A stretch of DNA of 64,000 nucleotides from Minisyncoccota bacterium (lineage in GTDB: Bacteria > Patescibacteriota > Minisyncoccia > Phycocordibacterales > UBA2100). Positions 19,162-28,252 of this stretch are shown in pieces. The stretch's first letter is position 1. Each line of letters begins with the position of its first letter. The notes below the pieces were generated by a model. It was not told the origin of the DNA. It was given only the letters and a program-made list of their open reading frames with translations, and searched no databases. The translations under genes and the position numbers were made by a program. The stretch lies in contig DATJXE010000003.1 in the NCBI GenBank assembly GCA_035500505.1, forward strand, positions 267,605-331,604, written 5' to 3'.

Positions 19162-20214
19162 TCAGTTGTCGCCGTGCCCGTTCCCGTGGTCGTTGCCCTG
19201 GCCCTTTCCTTGGTAGCCCGGGAAGAGGAACCAATTTTGGGTGGACGTTGCGGTGGTACTTGTGGCGTTGTTGCCCAATCCGGCTCCGCAGTTGCGCTGG
19301 AAGAAGCCGCGCGTCAGAGGTCCGACGCTCCCGTCGGTGTTGCTCGACGAGGCGATGCCATAGAGCATCTGGAAACGCATCATTGCGCGCGCCGTGAGCG
19401 GGCCGAAGAAGCCGGTGGGCGCGCCCGAGAAGCCGAAGCGCGAATCTCCCGCGAGCATCTGCTGAAGCTGCCGCACGTCGTCGCCGTCATCCCCGATGCG
19501 GAGATTGCGATTGAGCGCGACGCAGAAGCCTTTGCCGATCTGGCCGGGCGGAATGACCGGAGGCGTGGTCGTAGGATGGTTGAATTGACCTGCAAGAAGA
19601 TTCTTGAGCTGCAGCTGGAGCTGTAAGATCTGTTGCAGAAGCGCTTGTATCTGCGCCTGCACCGACGACGATGTGCTCGTCGCGATCACGACGACGATCG
19701 TTTGTGCCGTGGTCGTCCCAACGGGATTCACTGCGGTGAGGGTGTACGTCGTAGTCGTTGTCGGAGAGACAACGTACGACGTGCTCCCGACAGCGCCAAT
19801 GCCGTTATCGAGCGAGGTCGAACTCGCGTTGCTCACGGTCCACGAGAGGGTCGAGCTCTGGCCGCTCGTGATGGAAGCGGGACTCGCCGTGAACGATGCG
19901 ATCGAAGGAAGCACCGGCTGCGCGACCATAGCCGAGCAGGTGCTTGTCGCGACCGAAGAGGACGCGTCCGTCGCCTGGATGCCTATCGAGTAAGTGCCGG
20001 GCGAGTAGGAGAGTGTTTGCGACGTCGATGTGCTGCCGTTGCCCCACAAAAGGGCGATGGGCGCCACGCCTCCCGTGGCGCTCGCGGTCCAGGTGATGCT
20101 CGCGGTCGACGGGACCCCGGAGCAGGATACTGATAATGGCGTGTCGGCATTCGCGATCCCAAAAGAGAGCGCGAGCGCGAGCGCCGCTGAAATGCTAAGC
20201 GTACGAATGTTCAT
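19162..20214 (-). CDS. secreted protein with Ig-like and peptidoglycan-binding domains
   Basis: signal peptide from MNIRTL; LRIGDDGDDVRQLQQML..TGFFGPLTARAMMRFQ. Confidence 0.8.
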   Translation of the reverse strand: MNIRTLSISAALALALSFGIANADTPLSVSCSGVPSTASITWTASATGGVAPIALLWGNGSTSTSQTLSYSPGTYSIGIQATDASSSVATSTCSAMVAQPVLPSIASFTASPASITSGQSSTLSWTVSNASSTSLDNGIGAVGSTSYVVSPTTTTTYTLTAVNPVGTTTAQTIVVVIATSTSSSVQAQIQALLQQILQLQLQLKNLLAGQFNHPTTTPPVIPPGQIGKGFCVALNRNLRIGDDGDDVRQLQQMLAGDSRFGFSGAPTGFFGPLTARAMMRFQMLYGIASSSNTDGSVGPLTRGFFQRNCGAGLGNNATSTTATSTQNWFLFPGYQGKGQGNDHGNGHGDN

Positions 20215-20363
20215 ACAATGCGGTGTTGCAATGTGTACTGACTCCAATTTACTGATAAATAAACCGAACACATTTCGCCCGTATGCCAGCAAAAGGCCGC
20301 ATACAAGCTCTCAGTATAGACGATTCCCAGAGCGCTTCATTACAGATTCACTTTAGGTACCAA

Positions 20364-20481
20364 GGTCCACCTATAAAAGATATCGACTGCGGGCAGGGTC
20401 GGTCTAGAACCAGAGCCCGTCAAGCCACATCAGCACTTCTTAGCGAATTGACGACTCGGCAAAATGAGGGGGAGCGGTCGC
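20364..20481. repeat. ~118-bp intergenic repeat, copy A
   Basis: homologous to 21581-21699. Confidence 0.8.
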
Positions 20482-20487
20482 GATCTA

Positions 20488-21072
20488 TTATCCGTTATCC
20501 GGCGGAGTCGGAGTTGTACTAACCATAAACGTCACTGTCTGAGCAGTTGGATCGATAGCGGTCACTTTTAGTTTTACGATCCCTGTGGAAGAATTTGTAT
20601 CGTACCATTCTTCGTCACCCCATTTAGCAGACCAGCTAAGATAAGAACCAATTCCTGCACCAGGTCCATACTCATCCTGAGTAAGTCCCCACGTTTTTGC
20701 TGTTTCAGCAAGCCCGGCCTCCATGGTGCTGCTGGCATCAATGACATTCACGATTGTGGACGGATATTGCCCACCCGTAACGGATTTGAGTTTAATAGTT
20801 ACGCCGCCTGGACCATCAGTAGCGATTTGACCCATGCCAAGCGTAAAAGCAGTACCGTCAACAGCTTGAAAAGTTTTCGGGTTGGTGGAATTTGTTTGAC
20901 TCGTTTTCGCATTTTGTTGAACAGGCTGTTGTGTAGCAATTTCGGTAGTCTGCTGAGTTGACGTTTGCGTTGTTTCCGAAATCGCAGGCGTGTTGGATTG
21001 ACCCACGTACCACCACGCTACTGCCGCAAGAACAATCAAAATGACGATTCCTATCCAGGTATTTCGACTCAT
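20488..21072 (-). CDS. hypothetical membrane-anchored protein (AT-rich island)
   Basis: N-terminal TM helix, T/Q-rich linker, lower GC than flanks. Confidence 0.7.
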   Translation of the reverse strand: MSRNTWIGIVILIVLAAVAWWYVGQSNTPAISETTQTSTQQTTEIATQQPVQQNAKTSQTNSTNPKTFQAVDGTAFTLGMGQIATDGPGGVTIKLKSVTGGQYPSTIVNVIDASSTMEAGLAETAKTWGLTQDEYGPGAGIGSYLSWSAKWGDEEWYDTNSSTGIVKLKVTAIDPTAQTVTFMVSTTPTPPDNG

Positions 21073-21299
21073 GAGTTTATTAGAAAGGAGTAAGTGAACG
21101 CCTCAACTCTAGCTTACACAACCGCAAAGTAAAGCAACTTGCAAACTCACGAATGGCGAACGGTCGCCCACTGCCTCAAGAGCATTGGTCACTCGATACC
21201 ATGCCCATTCCTGCGGGCTACCCGAGATTCAACAATTATAGCTCAACCCCCATAAGGGTATTTTAGAGGATTCTTAGGAGCCATGCCGAGGTACTCGGG

Positions 21300-21566
21300 T
21301 CATTGCGATTTATTTGTATTTGACTGAATAGCATCCCCAGCTTTGTAAGTCCCGGGGCCGATGTAAACGTTGCCACCGTTACCTTGGACACTTCCATCTC
21401 CGGCGCGAATTATTATATCGCCTCCTTTATTCGAAGGTGTTTGGGTGTTTTTAGGCTTACTTGAAAAGTAATTAGCCACAAGCGCGATAGTCAAAGGCAC
21501 GAGAACCACCGCTACCCAAAATTCTGGAGTTTTAAGGAAGTTCCACATCTTTGAAATTTTACTCAT
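21300..21566 (-). CDS. hypothetical small membrane-anchored protein (AT-rich island)
   Basis: single TM helix followed by Gly-rich beta segment. Confidence 0.6.
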   Translation of the reverse strand: MSKISKMWNFLKTPEFWVAVVLVPLTIALVANYFSSKPKNTQTPSNKGGDIIIRAGDGSVQGNGGNVYIGPGTYKAGDAIQSNTNKSQ

Positions 21567-21580
21567 ATAGTAAGTAGGCG

Positions 21581-21699
21581 GGTCTACCGATAAATAGTAT
21601 TCACTGCGGTGAAGGTCGGTTGCGAACTAACCCGTTCCAATCAGTGTAAGGGTTTTTCGAGCGACTTTGGAACTAGCCAAAACTAGGGGGAACGGTCGC
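21581..21699. repeat. ~118-bp intergenic repeat, copy C
   Basis: homologous to 20364-20481; abuts the HNH gene stop codon. Confidence 0.8.
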
Positions 21700-22376
21700 T
21701 ACTCCAAATCACTTTTCCCGATGTTACAGACTGAACAAAGGGTCTGGAGATTTTCGAGAATTGTCTCGCCCCCGTTCGCCCATGCTTTTATGTGATCTAC
21801 ATGGAGAATGATACTTGGATCAGTGGCAGGAGAACGTCCACAATTTTTGCACTTAAAATTATCGCGCCTCATTACTACAAAACGAAGTCGCCAATTTATC
21901 TCACGCTTAGTTTTGTGTTTGGAAGAAGGTTCAACTTGTAGATTTTCAATCGAACTTTCAGAAGCGACATCTGCGTCATTATTTATATATGCTACAAAAC
22001 TTTCTAAGCCTTTCATCCATGTACCAAAGTGCTTTTTGTAGGTCCCTGCGGAGTATTTTGAGAGCGGTGGGAACATATCTGCCTGTATCGGCTGGTGCCC
22101 CAATTTTGTCCAGACCTCTTCAAGATTTTCAAAAAGCTCCTCGTCACTTACGCGAATATTTTTTTGGTGTCTTGCCATATTAAGACCCGCACGCTCGTGG
22201 GCCTTTGCCCAACCCCCTAACCTATCAGCCATGTTCGAACTATCGAATTTTCCAAACTCGTCCTGTTGCTCTCTCGTAACAAAATCCTGATTTAATTTAG
22301 CAGCAGTATTTTTCAGATCAGCGATGAGCTCATCTTCTGGCGTATTTCTATGGACTTTTTTGAGCTCAAATTTCAT
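21699..22376 (-). CDS. HNH endonuclease with two N-terminal homing-endonuclease-associated repeats
   Basis: RDNFKCKNCG..LHVDHIKAWANGG..NLQTLCSVCNIGKS; repeated DEL..L...FG.W units. Confidence 0.88.
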   Translation of the reverse strand: MKFELKKVHRNTPEDELIADLKNTAAKLNQDFVTREQQDEFGKFDSSNMADRLGGWAKAHERAGLNMARHQKNIRVSDEELFENLEEVWTKLGHQPIQADMFPPLSKYSAGTYKKHFGTWMKGLESFVAYINNDADVASESSIENLQVEPSSKHKTKREINWRLRFVVMRRDNFKCKNCGRSPATDPSIILHVDHIKAWANGGETILENLQTLCSVCNIGKSDLE

Positions 22377-22442
22377 AGCCCCATCTTAGCTTGGTTATAG
22401 GAAATATGGCACTCGGTCTCATAACACCGGTGCTCAATCCTG

Positions 22443-22529
22443 CGGAGAGGGAGGGATTCGAACCCTCGGACCGGTTTCCCGGTCAACACATTAGCAGTGT
22501 GTTGCATTCGACCGCTCTGCCACCTCTCC
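22443..22529 (-). tRNA. tRNA-Ser(GCU)
   Basis: GGAGAGG/CCTCTCC acceptor, ACACA-CTGCTAA-TGTGT, long variable arm. Confidence 0.95.
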
Positions 22530-22611
22530 CCATACGCCCCGGCATCGGGCGTACAATTGCGAGCAATTGTTTTAGCCCGAGCACACAAGATACCACGAGC
22601 GATACTTCTTT

Positions 22612-23487
22612 TCACATCGCCGCGGGAGCGGGCACTTGATCCTCAGCTGCGGAGCGCAGGCCCGGGATAACCTTATCGGTAAAGTTGTCAGCGAGGTCGT
22701 GGAGTTCGAGGAAGTCTTCGCGTTTGTAAATGGGCCCGGTTCGCGTCAAATACACTTTGTTGCCGACTATTTCACAGTTGTATCCCGAGAACTTCTGTAT
22801 CAAATCTTGCATGATATCTGGCTCGAATATCTCGCGTGCCTGCACTTGCGCGTCATTGCCGACGAGAAGCGTGAAGTGCTTCCCGAAGTCGCCTTCGAGA
22901 TTCACGGTGCTCATGCCGGCGACGGAACCGAATTCATTCGTCCATGAAGCGGGCTTGAGAATAATATGTGGCAAAGCGTTCGTGTACGTGAGCTCGAATA
23001 CAGCTTTCGTGTAAGTGCGGGCATTCTTTCCGTAACCGACCGTATATTGATATGTGAAGATCCGCACTGGATAAGAGTGATATGTCCCGGAAATCACGTC
23101 ATACACCCTCTGACTATGGCCGATCGCGAGGGACGTGCCAACGACGCTCTCCACGGGCGCGCTTTCCTCGTACGTATAACCGAGGGTGCTCGCTATTTGT
23201 TCGACAAAAAGATGTTGAACGCGCAAGCGATAGTAGTTGTAGAGCCAAGAAATACCTAAGATGGGGAGTATCGGGAGGATGATGATCCTCGCGTCAAACG
23301 CGGCGGGGTTCGCCAAATACAGTAGGTAGATCTCGTACCCCGAGACGGCGCTGATCGCAAGACAGAGGATCGCGACGCCGCCGAACAATAGTGCGTGTTG
23401 GTGAATGATATACGTGTTTGTGCTCGACCGCACATCCTCGATCGAACCGCCGACCTGACTCTGTAATGCTTCGTCCGCCCCATCCAT
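22612..23487 (-). CDS. hypothetical membrane protein (two N-terminal TM)
   Basis: 291-aa ORF with leaderless-type promoter. Confidence 0.7.
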   Translation of the reverse strand: MDGADEALQSQVGGSIEDVRSSTNTYIIHQHALLFGGVAILCLAISAVSGYEIYLLYLANPAAFDARIIILPILPILGISWLYNYYRLRVQHLFVEQIASTLGYTYEESAPVESVVGTSLAIGHSQRVYDVISGTYHSYPVRIFTYQYTVGYGKNARTYTKAVFELTYTNALPHIILKPASWTNEFGSVAGMSTVNLEGDFGKHFTLLVGNDAQVQAREIFEPDIMQDLIQKFSGYNCEIVGNKVYLTRTGPIYKREDFLELHDLADNFTDKVIPGLRSAAEDQVPAPAAM

Positions 23488-23509
23488 GGCCTAATGGTAC
23501 CATCACCCG
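23488..23509. promoter_or_regulatory. bidirectional palindromic -10 element
   Basis: ATGGTACCAT at 23494-23503 gives TACCAT on both strands, each 6 nt from an ATG. Confidence 0.7.
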
Positions 23510-24412
23510 ATGCGCACGTTATTTGCAATCCTTAAATGGCGCTTCGGGCTTTCGCGTGCAAAAGCGAGGGAGCGGACGGCGTACGTTCCGGAATACGGGA
23601 TGCCGGACATCCATAGTATCGAGGAACCGGACCCCAACAAGATACAACTCACCTGGGTCGGGCATTCGACCTTCCTCATCCAGGTTGCGGGGGTGAATAT
23701 ATTGACCGACCCGATATGGAGCGAGCGGGCGTCGCCCGTGTCGTGGGCGGGGCCAAAACGTTTTGCACGACCGGGGATACGTTTTGAGGATCTACCAAAA
23801 ATTGATCTCGTTCTTATCAGTCACACGCATTATGATCATCTTGATCGGCCGACCATTTTGAAATTGGGGAACGCGCCGCGTTACATATTGCAGGAGCGTA
23901 CGAAGTGGTGGTTCGCGAGCGAAGGCATTACCAACGCATCAGAATTGTCTTGGTGGGAAACGGAAAAACGCGGAGCGGTCGCAGTAACCGCCGTCCCAGC
24001 CAAGCATTGGTCCAAGCGAGGACTCTTCCGCACCAACGAAGCGGGATGGGGCGGGTTCGTCATTGAGTCTCCCGCCGGAATTATTTATTTCGCGGGCGAT
24101 ACCGGCTATCACGATGAGTATTTCAAGGAGATAGGAAAACGTATCCCGAACATCGACCTCGCGCTCATTCCGATAGGCGCGTACTTTCCGCGTGCGATAT
24201 TCGGGCGTTTTCACGTGGACCCGCGCGAAGCGATACTGGTGCATACGGAAGTGAAGGCGAAGACCTCCATCGGCATGCATTGGGGCGTCTTCGAGCTCAC
24301 GCAAGAACCGCTTAGCGAGCCACCGCGGCGCCTCGCCGAAGAGCGTTCCGTGTTGGGAATCTCTCCGCAAGAATTTTCGGTGATGAAGATAGGAGAGACG
24401 CGGCTTCTCTGA
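23510..24412 (+). CDS. MBL-fold metallohydrolase (NAPE-PLD/RomA-like)
   Basis: TWVGHST, SHTHYDHLD, FAGDTGY, MHWG motifs. Confidence 0.9.
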   Translation: MRTLFAILKWRFGLSRAKARERTAYVPEYGMPDIHSIEEPDPNKIQLTWVGHSTFLIQVAGVNILTDPIWSERASPVSWAGPKRFARPGIRFEDLPKIDLVLISHTHYDHLDRPTILKLGNAPRYILQERTKWWFASEGITNASELSWWETEKRGAVAVTAVPAKHWSKRGLFRTNEAGWGGFVIESPAGIIYFAGDTGYHDEYFKEIGKRIPNIDLALIPIGAYFPRAIFGRFHVDPREAILVHTEVKAKTSIGMHWGVFELTQEPLSEPPRRLAEERSVLGISPQEFSVMKIGETRLL

Positions 24413-24414
24413 TC

Positions 24415-25098
24415 TCACGCTCGCGCGAGGGCAAGCAACGAGACCTCGGCGCCGCACCTTTTGAGCGGCTTGCCGGCGTTGACGAGGGTCGCGCCGGTCG
24501 TCGCGACGTCATCGATGAGGAAAATGTGCGCGTGTGCGATGCGCGCGGGGTCGGGAACCTCGAACGCACCCGCGACGTTCCTTACGCGCTCTTTGCGCGA
24601 AAGTTTCGTCTGCTGCTTCGTCGCTCTCGGGCGCACGAGGACTTCCGGCGAGAGCTTCGAGAGTGTTCCGTCCCGGAACTCTTGCGGAAGCGCCTTCAGA
24701 ACGATCTCTATCTGATTGAACCCGCGCTCGCGTTTGCGGGAACTGTGCAGTGGTATTGGCACGAGCAGAATTTCTCGGGGCGAAAATTGCCGCGCGCTTG
24801 CGAGCTCTTCCCGCAGATAGTCAGCAAGCGCGGCGGCGGCCAGAGCCGCCGCCGCGCCGGAGCCATCGTACTTAAGCGCACGTATCAAGTCTTGCACGAC
24901 CGCGTGCTGATAGTTCATGACGGTCGTTATGCGCGCGCCGAGAAGCTCATGCACAGCCGGTGTGACAGGCACGTCTTCGAGCGAGCGTGCCTTGGTGCGC
25001 ATGGCACGCTCGCGCGGCGGCGCGATAGCGTCCGCCACCGAATCAAAAAAGCTCCGTACCTGCCTCGCGGCAAGGCGGGCGACCCCGAGTACGTCCAT
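24415..25098 (-). CDS. ComF-family phosphoribosyltransferase-domain protein
   Basis: LKYDG, RGFNQ, LIDDVATTGATL. Confidence 0.88.
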   Translation of the reverse strand: MDVLGVARLAARQVRSFFDSVADAIAPPRERAMRTKARSLEDVPVTPAVHELLGARITTVMNYQHAVVQDLIRALKYDGSGAAAALAAAALADYLREELASARQFSPREILLVPIPLHSSRKRERGFNQIEIVLKALPQEFRDGTLSKLSPEVLVRPRATKQQTKLSRKERVRNVAGAFEVPDPARIAHAHIFLIDDVATTGATLVNAGKPLKRCGAEVSLLALARA

Positions 25099-25136
25099 TC
25101 ACTCATTGTACGACCTCATTATGGTACACTTCCGCG

Positions 25137-25463
25137 ATGACAGAACTCGCGCAGAAGAAATGCGTCGCGTGTGAGGGCACCGAGACACCCTTCACGAAGG
25201 AAGAGGCCGATGTCCTGATGAAACAGCTGAACGGCTGGACCCTAAGCGGCGACGTGCGCTGGATATCCAAGGAATTTAAGTTCAAGAACTTCAGGGAAGC
25301 CCTGCAGTTCACCGACAAGGTGGGCGCGATCGCTGAAGAGGAGGGCCACCATCCCGACATCCAGCTCTCCTGGGGCAAGGTAATCGTCGAACTCACGACG
25401 CATGCGATAAAAGGTCTTTCGGAAAACGACTTCATCCTCGCGGCGAAGATCGATTCACTTTGA
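25137..25463 (+). CDS. pterin-4-alpha-carbinolamine dehydratase
   Basis: AEEEGHHPDI, THAIKGLSENDFILAAKID. Confidence 0.92.
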   Translation: MTELAQKKCVACEGTETPFTKEEADVLMKQLNGWTLSGDVRWISKEFKFKNFREALQFTDKVGAIAEEEGHHPDIQLSWGKVIVELTTHAIKGLSENDFILAAKIDSL

Positions 25464-25485
25464 ATAGCGGTGCTATAATTTCATA

Positions 25486-26625
25486 ATGGCGTTCTCTATC
25501 AGTGATGTTTTCAAGAACCTCTCAAAAGGCGGCGCGGGTGACTCAGTGCTCGGCATCGACATCGGCGCTTCTTCGGTGAAGATCGTGCAGCTTCGCGCTT
25601 CGCGCGGCGCGGCCGTCCTTGAGACCTACGGCGAGATAGCCCTCGGCCCCTATGGCAAGCAGCCGATAGGGAAGTCGGTGAAGCTCGAACCGGAGATCGT
25701 CGCGACGGCCATTACCGATCTCATGAAAGAAGCGAACGTGACCGCGCGCTCCGGCGGCATTTCCATTCCGTTCTCTTCAAGCCTCGTCACTATTCTCGAC
25801 CTGCCGAAGGTCGACAAATCCGCTCTCAAGCAAGTGATCCCCATCGAAGCGCGCAAATACATCCCCGTCCCGATCTCCGAAGTATCGCTCGATTGGTTCG
25901 TCATTCCCGAAGAAGAGGCCCAGGACAGCGCGTTCGATCAGCTGAAACCGAAGACCCAAAAGGCGCCTGGCATCGAGGTGCTCCTCGTCGCCATCCAGAA
26001 CGGCACCATCTCGAATTTCCAGGCCATCACGCAGGCCGCGGGGATCCACGTGGAGTTCTTCGAGATAGAGATATTCAGCGCGATACGCTCTTCGCTCTCG
26101 CACGGCATCGCCCCTATCCTTATCGTGGACATTGGTGCGGCATCCGCGAAAATGTACGTCGTCGAGCGGGGCATCGTGCGCCTCACGCACCTGGTCACCC
26201 AAGGCGGTTCGCAGATGACCGACGTCTTGGCGCGGTCGATGAACTGGGATTTCGAGAAAGCCGAGCGCGTGAAGCGCGAACGCGGCCTCCTTCCGCAGAA
26301 GGCATATTCGATGGAGGAGAATGAACGCATCTCGCAGGCGCTGTTATCAACACTAACGCGGCTCTTTTCGGAGGTGAATAAGGTACTATTGAGTTACGGG
26401 CAGCGGTATAACAAAAACGTATCGCGCGTCGTGCTGACAGGTGGCGGCGCCTCACTGCCCGGACTCTCCGCCGAAGCGAAAAAATCGCTCAATGCGGAAG
26501 TCGAGATAGCCGACCCGTTCTCGCGCACGGAGGCACCCGCGTTCTTGGGGGAGGTGCTTCGCGACATCGGGCCCGGATTCGCGGTTTCCGCGGGACTCGC
26601 GCTCCGAAAACTCCGCGGACAATAG
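25486..26625 (+). CDS. pilM: type IV pilus assembly protein PilM
   Basis: LGIDIGASSVK, EARKYIP, LTGGGA actin-like fold. Confidence 0.92.
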   Translation: MAFSISDVFKNLSKGGAGDSVLGIDIGASSVKIVQLRASRGAAVLETYGEIALGPYGKQPIGKSVKLEPEIVATAITDLMKEANVTARSGGISIPFSSSLVTILDLPKVDKSALKQVIPIEARKYIPVPISEVSLDWFVIPEEEAQDSAFDQLKPKTQKAPGIEVLLVAIQNGTISNFQAITQAAGIHVEFFEIEIFSAIRSSLSHGIAPILIVDIGAASAKMYVVERGIVRLTHLVTQGGSQMTDVLARSMNWDFEKAERVKRERGLLPQKAYSMEENERISQALLSTLTRLFSEVNKVLLSYGQRYNKNVSRVVLTGGGASLPGLSAEAKKSLNAEVEIADPFSRTEAPAFLGEVLRDIGPGFAVSAGLALRKLRGQ

Positions 26626-26638
26626 CAATACTTTCTAT

Positions 26639-27316
26639 ATGGACTCGCCGACGCAGCCCACATTCATTCCGCACGAAGCGGTGACGGCTTCTGCGCGCCG
26701 CGGCGGAGGCGGGCTGTCCGATCTGGCGCTACTCATTTCAATCACGCTCATCATCATTTCGGGCGCACTCGCCGCGGGAGTCTTCCTCTACTCCCAGTAC
26801 CTGCAGACCTCGAACGCGAACAAGCTCGACCAACTCAACCGCGCCGAAGCTTCCTTCAATCCGTCGCTCATCCAACAGCTCACCCGCCTCGACGAACGAA
26901 TGAACGCGGCCCAGACACTTCTCTCCACCCACCTCGCACCCACGCAATTCTTCGCGATGCTGGAGCAGTCGACCGTGCAGGATATTTCGTTCACTTCGCT
27001 TTCGTATGATGCGACCAACCCGACCGGCATCACGCTCACGATGTCGGGAGTTGCCGGCAGCGTGAACTCCATCGCGCTCCAAGCGCAGGTTTTCTCGCAA
27101 AGCGGCATCATTACAAGTCCGATCTTCTCGAACATCGACGCAGAACCGGGAGGCGTCCATTTCAACTTCTCGGCGCTCATCGATCCCTCTTCCATCAACT
27201 ACGAGAAGCTCATCACGGGCGCGGAGGGCGCCGCGCAGCCGCAAACGCAAGCTCCGCAAACGCCTGCGCAGCCCACTTCACCGTTCACGAGTTCCTCGAC
27301 GCCAGCAACACAATAG
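26639..27316 (+). CDS. PilN-like alignment protein
   Basis: single TM plus coiled coil; located between pilM and pilO. Confidence 0.7.
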   Translation: MDSPTQPTFIPHEAVTASARRGGGGLSDLALLISITLIIISGALAAGVFLYSQYLQTSNANKLDQLNRAEASFNPSLIQQLTRLDERMNAAQTLLSTHLAPTQFFAMLEQSTVQDISFTSLSYDATNPTGITLTMSGVAGSVNSIALQAQVFSQSGIITSPIFSNIDAEPGGVHFNFSALIDPSSINYEKLITGAEGAAQPQTQAPQTPAQPTSPFTSSSTPATQ

Positions 27317-27317
27317 T

Positions 27318-27881
27318 ATGGTACGCAACATCATTTCACTGCTCTTCTTAGTCGGCGCCATCGCCATGTTCTTCTTCTACACGAAGCCCGCGTACGACAA
27401 CGAGCAGGTGCTCGCGGCGCAGGGAGCCCAGTACGACGCAGCGCTCTCGAAAGCGACCCAGCTGCAAGCGCTCAAGCAGACGCTTCTCGCCCGCTATAAT
27501 TCCTTCGATCCCAACGCCATCTCGCGTCTCTCCGTCATGCTTCCGGACCAGGTCGACAACATCCGTCTCATCCTCGACCTCGACAATCTCGCCGGCAAGT
27601 ACGGCATGGCGCTTCAGAACGTCGATATTTCCGCCCCGCAGGACGCGCAGAACGGGACGGTCGTAAGCGCCATTGCGAGCGCATCGCAGCCGTGGGATTC
27701 GCTCACCTTGCAGTTCACGACGCGCGGCACGTACGACGAGTTCAAGCAGTTCCTGACCTCGCTCGAATCCTCGCTGCGGCTCGTGGATCTTCTGACGCTC
27801 ACGATAGCGCCCGGCGGCTCGACGGGCGGGGATCCCGTGTACACCTATTCCGTGACGCTACAAACCTATTGGCTCCGCTAA
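27318..27881 (+). CDS. pilO: PilO-like protein
   Basis: TM, LPDQVD, GTYDEFKQFLTSLESSLRLVD. Confidence 0.8.
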   Translation: MVRNIISLLFLVGAIAMFFFYTKPAYDNEQVLAAQGAQYDAALSKATQLQALKQTLLARYNSFDPNAISRLSVMLPDQVDNIRLILDLDNLAGKYGMALQNVDISAPQDAQNGTVVSAIASASQPWDSLTLQFTTRGTYDEFKQFLTSLESSLRLVDLLTLTIAPGGSTGGDPVYTYSVTLQTYWLR

Positions 27882-27886
27882 CACGT

Positions 27887-28249
27887 ATGATGGACTTCAT
27901 TTCAAGCCACAAACTCATGTCACTCGTCGTCCTGGCGCTCCTCGTCGGTGCGGCCTGGTGGGAATTCACCGCATCTTCTTCGTCGCCCATCCTTTCGACC
28001 ACCGGCGCGGCCGGGAACAACCAGCAGGAGAACCAGATCGTCTCGACTCTTTTGCAGCTCCAGGCGGTGACCCTGAGCGGCACTATTTTGACCGATCCCG
28101 GATTCATGAGCCTGCAGGATTACACGACGCAGATCATCTCGGAGCCGCTCGGTCGCCCCAATCCTTTTGCTCCCGTTTCTCCGGGCACCTCCGGCGTACC
28201 GTCGACGCAGCCGGTGAATCCCAACCTCTTCGCGCCCGCGAAGCACTAA
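27887..28249 (+). CDS. pilus-associated protein (PilP position)
   Basis: TM and GRPNPFAP motif; synteny. Confidence 0.65.
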   Translation: MMDFISSHKLMSLVVLALLVGAAWWEFTASSSSPILSTTGAAGNNQQENQIVSTLLQLQAVTLSGTILTDPGFMSLQDYTTQIISEPLGRPNPFAPVSPGTSGVPSTQPVNPNLFAPAKH

Positions 28250-28252
28250 ACG

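Noticed and set aside
20364-21699. Classical integron attC sites or CRISPR repeats
   Set aside because: No RYYYAAC/GTTRRRY ends, no regularly spaced short repeats, and no intI or cas genes in the window.
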